A stretch of DNA of 64,000 nt from an uncultured Clostridia bacterium (lineage in GTDB: Bacteria; Bacillota; Clostridia; Oscillospirales; CAG-272). The notes below the pieces were generated by a model. It did no database searches, had not been told where the DNA came from, and saw nothing but the letters and a program-made list of their open reading frames with translations. The position numbers and the translations under genes were made by a program. The stretch is from positions 1,158 through 65,157 of the forward strand of contig CAMKAU010000002.1 in the NCBI GenBank assembly GCA_946410595.1, given 5' to 3'. Shown piece by piece: positions 37,356-45,426 of the stretch (positions are counted from its first letter, which is position 1; each line of letters opens with the position of its first letter).

Positions 37356-38084
37356 ATGGAAAGCGCGTTTGTAAGGACCGAGCTTTTGCTCGGCAAAGAA
37401 GGAATGGAAAAGCTCCGCGCCGCCCGGGTCGCCGTCTTCGGGATCGGGGGCGTGGGCGGGTACGCCGTCGAGGCGCTCGTCCGCTCCGGCGTCGGGGCGC
37501 TCGACCTGATCGACAGCGACCGGATCGCCGAGAGCAACCTCAACCGGCAGATCATCGCCCTGCGGGAGACGCTGGGGCAGTACAAGGTGGAAGCGGCGAA
37601 GGCCCGCGCCCTCTCGATCTCCCCCGCGTGCGCCGTCCGCGCCTATCCCGTTTTTTATAACGCCGAAACGGCGGGCGTTTTTGATTTCACGCAGTACGAC
37701 TATATCGTCGACGCGATCGACACCGTTTCCGCCAAGATCGAACTCGTGCTGCGGGCGAAAGAGGCGGGCGTGCCGATCATCTCCTCGATGGGCGCGGGCA
37801 ACAAGCTCGATCCCGCAAGATTTGAAGTGGCCGACCTCTTCAAGACCTCCGTCTGCCCTCTCGCGCGGGTGATGCGCGCGGAGCTGCGCCGCCGGGGGAT
37901 CAAACGGCTGAAGGTGGTTTACTCGACCGAGCCGCCCCTCTCTCCCGCCCCGGACGGGGAACGGCGGGAGGGCTCCGGCCGTCCCGTCCCCGGCAGCACG
38001 GCGTTCGTCCCGTCCGTTGCCGGGCTGATCCTCGCGGGCGAGGTGATCCGCGATCTGACGGGAATCGGCAAAAAGGAAAAATAA
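37356..38084 (+). CDS. tcdA: tRNA threonylcarbamoyladenosine dehydratase (ThiF/E1-like)
   Basis: VAVFGIGGVGGYAVEAL Rossmann motif, SNLNRQ, and SxCPLAR. Confidence 0.8.
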   Translation: MESAFVRTELLLGKEGMEKLRAARVAVFGIGGVGGYAVEALVRSGVGALDLIDSDRIAESNLNRQIIALRETLGQYKVEAAKARALSISPACAVRAYPVFYNAETAGVFDFTQYDYIVDAIDTVSAKIELVLRAKEAGVPIISSMGAGNKLDPARFEVADLFKTSVCPLARVMRAELRRRGIKRLKVVYSTEPPLSPAPDGERREGSGRPVPGSTAFVPSVAGLILAGEVIRDLTGIGKKEK

Positions 38085-38096
38085 TCCGCAATTTTC

Positions 38097-38125
38097 TTGA
38101 CAAAACACCCCGTTTCCGATACAAT
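38097..38125 (+). promoter_or_regulatory. Promoter opening the accessory stretch
   Basis: TTGACA (38097-38102), 17-nt spacer, TACAAT (38120-38125). AGGAGGA lies before the ATG at 38166. Confidence 0.55.
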
Positions 38126-38165
38126 CAATCTGTAAAAAACCTATACTTTCAGGAGGATAACGACC

Positions 38166-38987
38166 ATGGCAGAACAGATCGTCCGTACCCCCAAGGCGGA
38201 AAAAAAGCCCGCCGAAGAAAAAGCAAAACAGCCCGAAATCAAGACCGCAAAGCCCTCCGGCGGCAGCTCCGTCGGTTACCGGATCGGCGCCGCCGTCCTC
38301 TGGGTCCTCGCCCTTCTCTGCGAGGTCGGAGCCATCCTGGTTTTGACCGGCTCGCTCTCGCTCAAGTTCATCGGTCTTGAAAAGACGGCCGCGCTGATCG
38401 TCTTTATCGTTCTCGATTTCGTCCTCGCCGTCGTTGCGGCGCAGCTCTGGAAAAAGGCGAACCATATCAATCCCCCCTCCAAGAAGAACAAGGTCGTCTT
38501 CTACCTTGTCAGCGAGCTCGGCGTGATCATGGCGGTCATCTGCTTCCTGCCGCTGATCATCCTTCTGCTCAAGGACAAGGAGCTGGATAAAAAGTCCAAG
38601 ATCATCGTTACGATCGTCGCCGTCGTCGCCCTGCTGATCGCGGGCGTGGCCTCCGCCGACTTCGACCCCATCTCCGCCGAGGAGAAGGGCTCCGCGGAGC
38701 ATCTCATCACGACCGACGTCTACTGGACCGCCTTCGGCCGCAAGTACCATCTCGACGAGGACTGCCAGGCGCTCGCCAACTCCTCCGTTCTCACCAAGGG
38801 AACGGTCAAGGAAGCGATCGAAGAGGGCCGCACCTCCCTCTGCGCCTTCTGCGCGAAGAAGCACGCAAGCGAGTTTACCGAGGAAGAACTGGCTAACCTG
38901 AAGATCGAAGGACAAAAGACGGCGGAACCGGTCAAAACCGGGAACGACGAACTCGTGCAAGTAACGCAAGAAGCGATCATTGACTGA
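38166..38987 (+). CDS. Membrane protein with a C-terminal H/C-x-C motif domain, unknown function
   Basis: 273 aa with a Lys-rich N-terminus, about 4 TM, and the C-terminal motif YHLDEDCQAL...GRTSLCAFCAKKH. Confidence 0.6.
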   Translation: MAEQIVRTPKAEKKPAEEKAKQPEIKTAKPSGGSSVGYRIGAAVLWVLALLCEVGAILVLTGSLSLKFIGLEKTAALIVFIVLDFVLAVVAAQLWKKANHINPPSKKNKVVFYLVSELGVIMAVICFLPLIILLLKDKELDKKSKIIVTIVAVVALLIAGVASADFDPISAEEKGSAEHLITTDVYWTAFGRKYHLDEDCQALANSSVLTKGTVKEAIEEGRTSLCAFCAKKHASEFTEEELANLKIEGQKTAEPVKTGNDELVQVTQEAIID

Positions 38988-39003
38988 AGAAAGGACGGTT
39001 CGT

Positions 39004-39657
39004 ATGGCAAATCCTGATCTTTCCTCTATCGCTTCCCTGCTCTCCGGCGGCGGGATCTCCGCCATCAGCGAAAAGGTCGGCGCCAAAGAGGACCAGGTAA
39101 CGAGCGCCGTGACCGCCGCGCTGCCCGCGCTGATCTCCGGCATGAAGCAGAACGTCTCCACCGAGGCGGGCGCCGCCTCGCTTGCCGGCGCGCTCTCCGA
39201 CCACAAAAACGCCGACGTGAGCAACGTTGCCGCTTTCCTTAAAGGCGCGGATCTCACCGACGGCGCAAAGATCGTCTCCCATATCCTCGGCGGCAAGGAA
39301 AAGGCCGCCACCGCCGCCATCGCGGAAAAGAGCGGTCTCTCCTCCGCGAAGGTCACAAAGATCCTCTCGATGATCGCCCCGCTGCTGCTCTCTCTGCTCG
39401 GGAAAAAACAGGAGGAGACCTCGGCGGCGTCCACCTCCTCCGGCCTGACCGGGCTGCTCGGGAGCGTCCTCGGCGGCTCCGGCGGCTCGTCCGCGCTCGG
39501 CTCCCTCGCCTCCTCCGCCCTCGGCGGGCTCTTCGGCAGCGGATCCTCCGACTCCGCCGAAAGCGCCTCCGGCACGGGAAAAAAGAAGAAAAAGAAACAG
39601 GATGAGAAGAAAGAAGAAGGCGGGATCCTCGGCGGTCTGCTCAACCTCTTCAAATAA
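39004..39657 (+). CDS. DUF937-like protein
   Basis: Trimmed to the ATG at 39004 (MANPDLSSIASLLSGGGISAISEKVG...). Gly/Ser-rich with a Lys-rich tail. Confidence 0.6.
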   Translation: MANPDLSSIASLLSGGGISAISEKVGAKEDQVTSAVTAALPALISGMKQNVSTEAGAASLAGALSDHKNADVSNVAAFLKGADLTDGAKIVSHILGGKEKAATAAIAEKSGLSSAKVTKILSMIAPLLLSLLGKKQEETSAASTSSGLTGLLGSVLGGSGGSSALGSLASSALGGLFGSGSSDSAESASGTGKKKKKKQDEKKEEGGILGGLLNLFK

Positions 39658-39667
39658 AACAGCGCAA

Positions 39668-39694
39668 GAGGACCGCGGCGGCGCCGCGGTCCTC
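39668..39694 (+). terminator. GC hairpin after the DUF937 gene (weak terminator)
   Basis: gaggaccgcgg-cggcg-ccgcggtcctc, followed only by ttct. Confidence 0.35.
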
Positions 39695-39712
39695 TTCTCC
39701 AAAGGAAACCGT

Positions 39713-40273
39713 ATGAAAACAAACAAAAAGCAACTGCTTATCACCCTGCTGACGGTCCTTGCGATCCTTGCGGTCCTCGTCCTCCTGCCGAAGTTCGGCG
39801 GGAGCGCGGACGCGCCGGCGGGGGAGACGCTCGCGCTCCTGACCGGCGCGCGGGAAACGGCCGCGCCGGCGGCAACGGACGGCCCGGGCGGGGAAACGGC
39901 CGCGCCGGAGACGGAAGCGGGTCTTGACAAAACCGGCAGCTACACCTCCAAAGAGGACGTTGCGCTTTATCTCCATCTCTACGGCAAACTGCCGCCGAAC
40001 TTTATCACCAAGAGCGAGGCGCAGAAGCTCGGCTGGGACTCCGAAAAAGGCAATCTCGACCGGGTCGCGCCCGGCAAGTCGATCGGGGGCGACGTCTTCG
40101 GCAACCGAGAGGGGCTGCTCCCCGCCAAGGCGGGCCGGACTTATTATGAGTGCGACGTCGGTTACACCGGCGGCTACCGCGGCGGCGAGCGGATCGTCTA
40201 CTCAAACGACGGCTTGATCTACTACTCAAGCGATCACTACGCCAGTTTTACCCTGCTTTACGGAGAACCGTGA
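39713..40273 (+). CDS. Secreted/anchored barnase-family ribonuclease
   Basis: N-terminal TM/signal segment (LLITLLTVLAILAVLVLL). The C-terminal RTYYECDVGYTGGYRGGERIVYSNDGLIYYSSDHYASF aligns with barnase READINYTSGFRNSDRILYSSDWLIYKTTDHYQTF, with catalytic Glu and His retained. Confidence 0.85.
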   Translation: MKTNKKQLLITLLTVLAILAVLVLLPKFGGSADAPAGETLALLTGARETAAPAATDGPGGETAAPETEAGLDKTGSYTSKEDVALYLHLYGKLPPNFITKSEAQKLGWDSEKGNLDRVAPGKSIGGDVFGNREGLLPAKAGRTYYECDVGYTGGYRGGERIVYSNDGLIYYSSDHYASFTLLYGEP

Positions 40274-40536
40274 TGAAAAAGATCGTCTTAAACGGCAAAG
40301 AAATGAAGACCCGGGACGCCGCCTACGCCGCCCTCCGCGCGGCGCTCTCCCTGCCCGACTATTTCGGCGACAACCTCGACGCGCTCTACGACGTCCTCTC
40401 CGCGGCGGAGGGGGCGGTCGAGCTGAAAGGCACGGCGGCGATGCTCGGCGCCCTCGAGTCCTACGGCTGCAAGCTGCTCGCCTGCTTTTACGACGCGGCG
40501 CGGGAGAACCCGCGTTTTACCTTCCGCGCGCGCTGA
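40273..40536 (+). CDS. Barstar (barnase inhibitor)
   Basis: 87 aa. LPDYFGDNLDALYDVL matches barstar LPEYYGENLDALWDCL. The start overlaps the barnase stop (TGATG). Confidence 0.85.
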   Translation: MKKIVLNGKEMKTRDAAYAALRAALSLPDYFGDNLDALYDVLSAAEGAVELKGTAAMLGALESYGCKLLACFYDAARENPRFTFRAR

Positions 40537-40550
40537 ACACGCCTTCCCGC

Positions 40551-40587
40551 GCCGGGGCGGTCCGACCGACCGCCCCGGCTTTTTTTT
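40551..40587 (+). terminator. Intrinsic terminator (hairpin module H, copy 1)
   Basis: gccggggcgg-tccgaccga-ccgccccggc followed by T8. The identical hairpin recurs at 40709-40737 and 45587-45615. Confidence 0.7.
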
Positions 40588-40742
40588 CGGCGGGCGTGGT
40601 CTTTTTTCTGTAGGGCGGGGGTTTATCTCCCGCCGCAAAAATAAAAAACTACGCGGAAGGAGCAAGCCCCTTCCCTACAAACGCCGCTCCCGCCGGGCGC
40701 TATGCCGCGCCGGGGCGGTCCGACCGACCGCCCCGGCTTTTT
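40588..40742. repeat. Left copy of an approximately 155-bp direct repeat (REP/MITE-like core plus hairpin H)
   Basis: cggcgggcgtggtctttt..tgtagggcgggggtttatctcccgccgcaaaa..gcggaaggagcaagccccttccctacaaacgccgctcccgccgggcgctatgccgcgcc plus hairpin H. Nearly identical to 45466-45622, differing by a few indels or substitutions. Confidence 0.85.
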
Positions 40743-40793
40743 GTCGTTTTTTGTAAAAACGCTTCTGATTTTTGCAATTTCGGTCAGATTCCG

Positions 40794-40822
40794 TTGACGA
40801 ACGCATTTTTCTATGATATATT
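40794..40822 (+). promoter_or_regulatory. Cassette promoter with extended -10
   Basis: TTGACG (40794-40799), 17-nt spacer, TGaTATATT (-10 at 40817-40822). Confidence 0.6.
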
Positions 40823-40865
40823 ATCTGTTAGTATCTTATGATTTTACGCAACGGAGGATTTGAAA

Positions 40866-41999
40866 ATGGCGCAAATTTGCGAAATACTCAAATACGAAGG
40901 CGATAACGGCACCTTCATCTGGAAGCACCCGTCCGAGGACTTCAACAGTCTGACGCAGCTGATCGTTCACGAATCGCAGGAGGCGATCTTCTTTCTCAAC
41001 GGTCAGGCGCTCGATCTGTTCGGCCCCGGGCGCTACACGCTGGAAACGCAGAATATCCCGAAGATCGGCAGCGTTCTGAACCGCGCGACGGGCGACAAAA
41101 CGCCCTTCCACTGCGAGGTCTACTTTATCAACAAGACCGAGCAGATGTCGATCAAATGGGGCACCGACAGCAAGGTGCAGTACATCGATCCGCAGTACGG
41201 ATTCCCGCTTGCGATCGGCGCCTCGGGCGAAATGTCGCTGCGCGCGGCGGACAGCCGCAAGCTGCTCGTGAAACTGGTTGGGACCGAGCGGGATCTCGGC
41301 CAGCAGAAGCTCGTTTCCTTCTTCCGCGCGTTTCTCATCACGCGCGTGAAAACCTATCTCGCCCAGACGATCAAGGCAAACGGCATCAGCATCTTTGAGA
41401 TCGACGAAAACCTCGCGGCGTTTTCCGCGAATATCCAGAAGCTCCTCGTCCCCGATTTTGCCGATTACGGTATTTCGCTTGAGCGCTTCTTCGTTACCAA
41501 TATCGTCAAACCGGACGGCGACCGGCAGTATGAAAAGTTCAAGGAGCTGCACTTCCGCCAGTACGCGGATATCGCCGAAGCGAAGCTCCGCCAGCAAACG
41601 GATATCATCTACGCGCAGACCGAGGCGCAGAAGGTCGTCATCGACTCTCAGGCGCAGGCGACCAAGCGGGCGCAGGAGGGCTACACCTACGCTCAGGAGC
41701 GCGGCTTTGACGTGGCGGAAAAGATCGCCGAAAACGAGGCGGTCGGTCAGTTTACCAATATGGGCGTCGGCCTCGGGACGATGGCGGGCGTCGGAGGCGC
41801 GGTCGGCGGGATGGTCGGCGGCGCGGTGAATACCGCGATGAACGCGGCGGCCGAGCCGGCCAAACCGGCAGGATCCGCGGACGATATGGCGGCTTTCAAA
41901 GCGAAGGTCGAAAAGCTGACCGTGATGAAGGAAGCCGGGCTGATCGGCGAAGAAGAGTTCAACCAGATGAAAGCCAAGCTGCTTTCCGAGATTCTGTAA
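40866..41999 (+). CDS. SPFH/band-7 protein of the YdjI/COG4260 type with Gly-rich segment and C-terminal SHOCT-like helix
   Basis: The ATG at 40866 lies 8 nt after GGAGGA. The N-terminus ILKYEGDNGTFIWKHPSEDFNSLTQLIVHESQEAIFFLNGQALDLFGPGRYTL is typical of COG4260. Also carries GVGLGTMAGVGGAVGGMVGG and the C-terminal KLTVMKEAGLIGEEEFNQMKAKLL. Confidence 0.85.
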   Translation: MAQICEILKYEGDNGTFIWKHPSEDFNSLTQLIVHESQEAIFFLNGQALDLFGPGRYTLETQNIPKIGSVLNRATGDKTPFHCEVYFINKTEQMSIKWGTDSKVQYIDPQYGFPLAIGASGEMSLRAADSRKLLVKLVGTERDLGQQKLVSFFRAFLITRVKTYLAQTIKANGISIFEIDENLAAFSANIQKLLVPDFADYGISLERFFVTNIVKPDGDRQYEKFKELHFRQYADIAEAKLRQQTDIIYAQTEAQKVVIDSQAQATKRAQEGYTYAQERGFDVAEKIAENEAVGQFTNMGVGLGTMAGVGGAVGGMVGGAVNTAMNAAAEPAKPAGSADDMAAFKAKVEKLTVMKEAGLIGEEEFNQMKAKLLSEIL

Positions 42000-42015
42000 A
42001 ACGGAGGACAAAACG

Positions 42016-42720
42016 ATGAAAAAGCATTTCGGTTTTTACGCGCTGCTCTGGGCGATCCTGCTTGCCCTGTTCTGCCTGGCCGTTTTCCTTGTCCGGTCGG
42101 TGATCCCCGGCTATGAGATCCGCTACGACGCGTGGTTCTGGATCGCGTTTGCGTTTATCCTTGCCGCTTTTATCGGCAATCTCGTTTGCGCTTATTTCGC
42201 GTTCAAAGCGAAAAACCTCAAAAAGATGTTTCTGAATCTCCCGCTGATCACGGTAAGCCGGGCGGCTCTGATCGCTATGCTGATCGTCGGCTCCGGGCTT
42301 ATGCTGATTCCGAACTGCCCCGCATGGATCGCGGCGATCGTTTGCATCCTCCTGTTTGCCTTCAACGCCGTTGCCGTTATCAAAGCGGTGTGGGCGGCGG
42401 ATACGGTAAACAATGTCGATGAAAAGATCAAAGCGAACACTTCTTTTATCAAGCGCGTTACGGTAGACGCCGAGTGCCTGATCTCCCGCGCCCGGAGCGA
42501 CGAAACCCGCGCGGCGTGCAAAGCGGTCTATGAAGCGGCGCGGTATTCCGATCCCACGTCCGACGACGCGCTCTCCCTGACCGAGGCGAAGATCACCGTG
42601 AAGATGGACGAGCTCGCCGAGGCGGTCGCCTCCGACAACGCGGAAGCGGCCGGCGCCGCCGCGCAGGAGCTGAAAACGCTCTTTGACGAACGCGCCGCGC
42701 GCTGCAAATCTCTGAAATAA
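42016..42720 (+). CDS. Four-TM membrane protein with cytoplasmic helical tail, no recognised family
   Basis: 234 aa. GGAGGA lies 7 nt upstream. Four hydrophobic segments are followed by an Ala/Glu-rich C-terminal 100 aa. Confidence 0.7.
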   Translation: MKKHFGFYALLWAILLALFCLAVFLVRSVIPGYEIRYDAWFWIAFAFILAAFIGNLVCAYFAFKAKNLKKMFLNLPLITVSRAALIAMLIVGSGLMLIPNCPAWIAAIVCILLFAFNAVAVIKAVWAADTVNNVDEKIKANTSFIKRVTVDAECLISRARSDETRAACKAVYEAARYSDPTSDDALSLTEAKITVKMDELAEAVASDNAEAAGAAAQELKTLFDERAARCKSLK

Positions 42721-42754
42721 AAGACCCGAAATAATCCGATCCGAGGAGTTCAGT

Positions 42755-45412
42755 ATGGCGATCTTCAAGTGTAAAATGTGCGGAGGAACGCTCGAGTTTG
42801 CCGAGGGCGCGACCGTCGGCGTGTGCGACAGCTGCGGCACAAGACAGACGCTGCCGCGCGCGGCGGACGACCTGACCGCCAACCTCTTTAACCGCGCGAA
42901 CAACCTCCGTCTGAAATGCGAGTTCGACAAGGCCGCCGCGCTCTACGAAAAGATCGTGGAGCAGGACGACGCGAACGCCGAGGCGCACTGGGGGATCGTC
43001 CTCTGCAAATACGGGATCGAATACGTGGAGGATCCCAAGACCCATACCCGCGTCCCGACCTGCCACCGCACTCTCTACGAGGCGGTCTCGACGGACGCGG
43101 ACTACCTTGCCGCCGTGGATTACGGCGACGCGGCGCAGCAAACGCTCTACGAGAACGAGGCGCGGGCGATCGACCGGATCCAGAAGAATATCCTCTCTAT
43201 CGTGAAAAACGAAAAACCGTTCGACGTTTTTCTCTGCTATAAAGAAACCGATGAAAACGGCAAGCGGACGGTGGACAGCGCGCTTGCCAACGATATATAC
43301 TACCAGCTGACCGGCGAGGGGTTTAAGGTCTTTTTTGCGGCGATCACGCTGGAGGACAAGCTGGGGCAGGAATACGAGCCCTATATCTTTGCGGCGCTCC
43401 ATTCCGCGCGGGTGATGCTGGCGATCGGAACGAAGCCGGAATACTTCTCCTCCGTGTGGGTGAAAAACGAGTGGTCGCGCTTTCTCGCTTTGATGAAGAC
43501 CGACCGCTCCAAGCTCCTGATCCCCTGCTACCGGGATATGGACCCCTACGATCTGCCGGAGGAGTTTGCCCATCTGCAGGCGCAGGATATGGGCAAGATC
43601 GGCTTTATCAACGACCTCTCCCGCGGGATCAAAAAGGTCTGCTCCTCCGGGAGCGGTAAGGCCCCCGTCCGCGAAACAGTGGTCGTTCCCGCCGGGAACG
43701 TCAATACCGCGCCGCTGCTGAAACGCGCCTTTCTTTTCCTGGAAGACGGCGAGTGGGACGAAGCGGACGCCTACTGCGAAAAGGTGCTCGATCAGGACCC
43801 GGAAAACGCGCAGGCGTATCTCGGCAAGCTGATGGCGGAGCTGCGCGTCCACCGGGAGGAGGATCTCGCCGACTGCGAGCAGCCCTTTGACGGCAGCAAC
43901 AACTACCAGAAGGCCGTGCGCTTCGGCGGGGAGAAGGTCGCCGCCGCGCTGGGCGGCTATCTTACGCATATCGTTGAGCGCAACGAGCAGGCGAGAGTGA
44001 CGGAACTTTACAACAAAGCTCTCTTCACTATGGAAACGGCAAAAAGCGAAACGGATTATAAAACCGCCGCCGAGCTCTTTGGATACCTGGAAGATTATCT
44101 TGACTCTCCCGTTCGCGCGGCGCAATGTCTGGAAAAAGCGGAAATCTGCCGCAAAGACGGGATCTATCAATTTGCCAAACAGGCGATGGATACCACCTAC
44201 CGCTACGCGACGGACGAGCTGGAACAGGCGCTTTCTCTTTTCCAGAAGATACCGGGGTATCGGGACGCCGACGATTTGGCGGAAGCATGCCAAAACAGGA
44301 TTCTTGAGATCAAAGAGGAGAAAGAAAGAGAACAGATCAATGCAACTGCACGCACAAAAAAAGCCAATATTGGCATATTTGCAATTCTATCTCTCGTCAT
44401 TCTTCTTGTTTTCTTTATTCTATTGTTTAATGTCTTTCTCCCGAATGCAAAGTACAATACCGCTGTAGATCTCTATAACGCTGGGAAATATGAAGAAGCT
44501 ATTGCGTTGTTTGAGGCGTTGGGGGAGTATGAAGATAGCCCATGGCAAATCACAAAATGTAAACAAGATGCAAAGTACAATGAGGGGCTTAAACTGTATA
44601 ATGCCGGAGAATACGAGAAAGCAATCACCGTTTTTGCTTCATTAGACGGCTATAAAGATAGTGAAAATCAAATCAAAAAGTGCGAAATTGCCATTAAAGA
44701 TCCCCAGTATAATGCAGCAATCGCATTAATTGATCAAGGAGATTTTATCAATGCATATGAAACTTTAATTTCATTGAATCGCTATAAAGATAGCGCCGAA
44801 AAAGCAAAAGAAATAATTGTTAAATATAAGATTGCAAAGATTAGATCTGCTTCTGTCGGAGATATAGTGTTTTTTGGGTCATATGAACAGGATAATAATG
44901 CATCAAACGGCAAAGAAGAAATCGAATGGCTTGTTCTTGCAAAAGAAACTAATAAAGTTTTTTTGATCAGTAAATACGCGCTTGATTGTCAGCGATACAA
45001 TTCATCTTATACGTCCGTAACTTGGGAAACTTGTTCTCTTCGCATATGGTTAAACAATACGTTTATCAGCGCTGCATTTAGTTTTGAGGAGCGGAATAGT
45101 ATCATTAGTTCCGTTATCTCGGTATATACTGGCCATAATACGATTGATAAATTATTCCTTCTTAACATTTCAGAAGCAAACAGATTTTTCAATTCAGATA
45201 AAGAGCGCCAATGTGAAGGAACGGTGTACTGCTATGCGCAAGGCGCTTATAAAGCCGACAATGGCAATTGCTGGTGGTGGCTACGGTCGTTTGGTGATTC
45301 TTCTAACTATACTGCAGATGTTTTTAGTGGCGGCTCCACCTATGATCTAGGGCCTCATGTCAATGACAATGATGGCGGTGTTCGCCCCGCGATGTGGATC
45401 GATCTTTCTTAA
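42755..45412 (+). CDS. Zn-ribbon / TPR-like / TIR domain / single TM / repeat / DUF6273-like multidomain protein
   Basis: 885 aa. Zn ribbon CKMCGG..CDSCG. TIR: FDVFLCYKETDE...GFKVFFA...SARVMLAIGT...SSVWVKNEW (Glu239). TM at residues 538-563. C-terminus FFGSYEQDN..EEIEWLVL..SKYALDC..VTWETCSLRIWLN..WWWLRS..GVRPAMWI. Confidence 0.85.
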   Translation: MAIFKCKMCGGTLEFAEGATVGVCDSCGTRQTLPRAADDLTANLFNRANNLRLKCEFDKAAALYEKIVEQDDANAEAHWGIVLCKYGIEYVEDPKTHTRVPTCHRTLYEAVSTDADYLAAVDYGDAAQQTLYENEARAIDRIQKNILSIVKNEKPFDVFLCYKETDENGKRTVDSALANDIYYQLTGEGFKVFFAAITLEDKLGQEYEPYIFAALHSARVMLAIGTKPEYFSSVWVKNEWSRFLALMKTDRSKLLIPCYRDMDPYDLPEEFAHLQAQDMGKIGFINDLSRGIKKVCSSGSGKAPVRETVVVPAGNVNTAPLLKRAFLFLEDGEWDEADAYCEKVLDQDPENAQAYLGKLMAELRVHREEDLADCEQPFDGSNNYQKAVRFGGEKVAAALGGYLTHIVERNEQARVTELYNKALFTMETAKSETDYKTAAELFGYLEDYLDSPVRAAQCLEKAEICRKDGIYQFAKQAMDTTYRYATDELEQALSLFQKIPGYRDADDLAEACQNRILEIKEEKEREQINATARTKKANIGIFAILSLVILLVFFILLFNVFLPNAKYNTAVDLYNAGKYEEAIALFEALGEYEDSPWQITKCKQDAKYNEGLKLYNAGEYEKAITVFASLDGYKDSENQIKKCEIAIKDPQYNAAIALIDQGDFINAYETLISLNRYKDSAEKAKEIIVKYKIAKIRSASVGDIVFFGSYEQDNNASNGKEEIEWLVLAKETNKVFLISKYALDCQRYNSSYTSVTWETCSLRIWLNNTFISAAFSFEERNSIISSVISVYTGHNTIDKLFLLNISEANRFFNSDKERQCEGTVYCYAQGAYKADNGNCWWWLRSFGDSSNYTADVFSGGSTYDLGPHVNDNDGGVRPAMWIDLS

Positions 45413-45426
45413 AAAACGGCAACAGA

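Noticed and set aside
37296-39722. 808-aa minus-strand ORF spanning tcdA through the DUF937 gene
   Set aside because: It crosses four well-supported plus-strand genes and their intergenic promoters. Its sequence is low-complexity (Ser/Pro/Ala/Glu runs).
40288-40665. 125-aa minus-strand ORF and the 92-aa/72-aa plus-strand ORFs (45394-45672) lying on the repeat units
   Set aside because: They read through terminator hairpins and REP-like sequence and are Arg/Pro/Gly-rich. The apparent conservation between copies is explained by the DNA repeat itself.
42593-44293. 566-aa minus-strand ORF inside the TIR gene
   Set aside because: It is a shadow ORF of the GC-rich part of the TIR gene. It is used only as supporting evidence, because it ends at the point where GC drops.
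44295-45370. The low-GC block as a separate inserted gene or IS fragment
   Set aside because: There is no stop codon or frame change at either boundary, and no internal RBS or start context. The encoded TM, repeats and DUF6273-like domain continue the upstream protein logically. It is treated as an in-frame domain swap.
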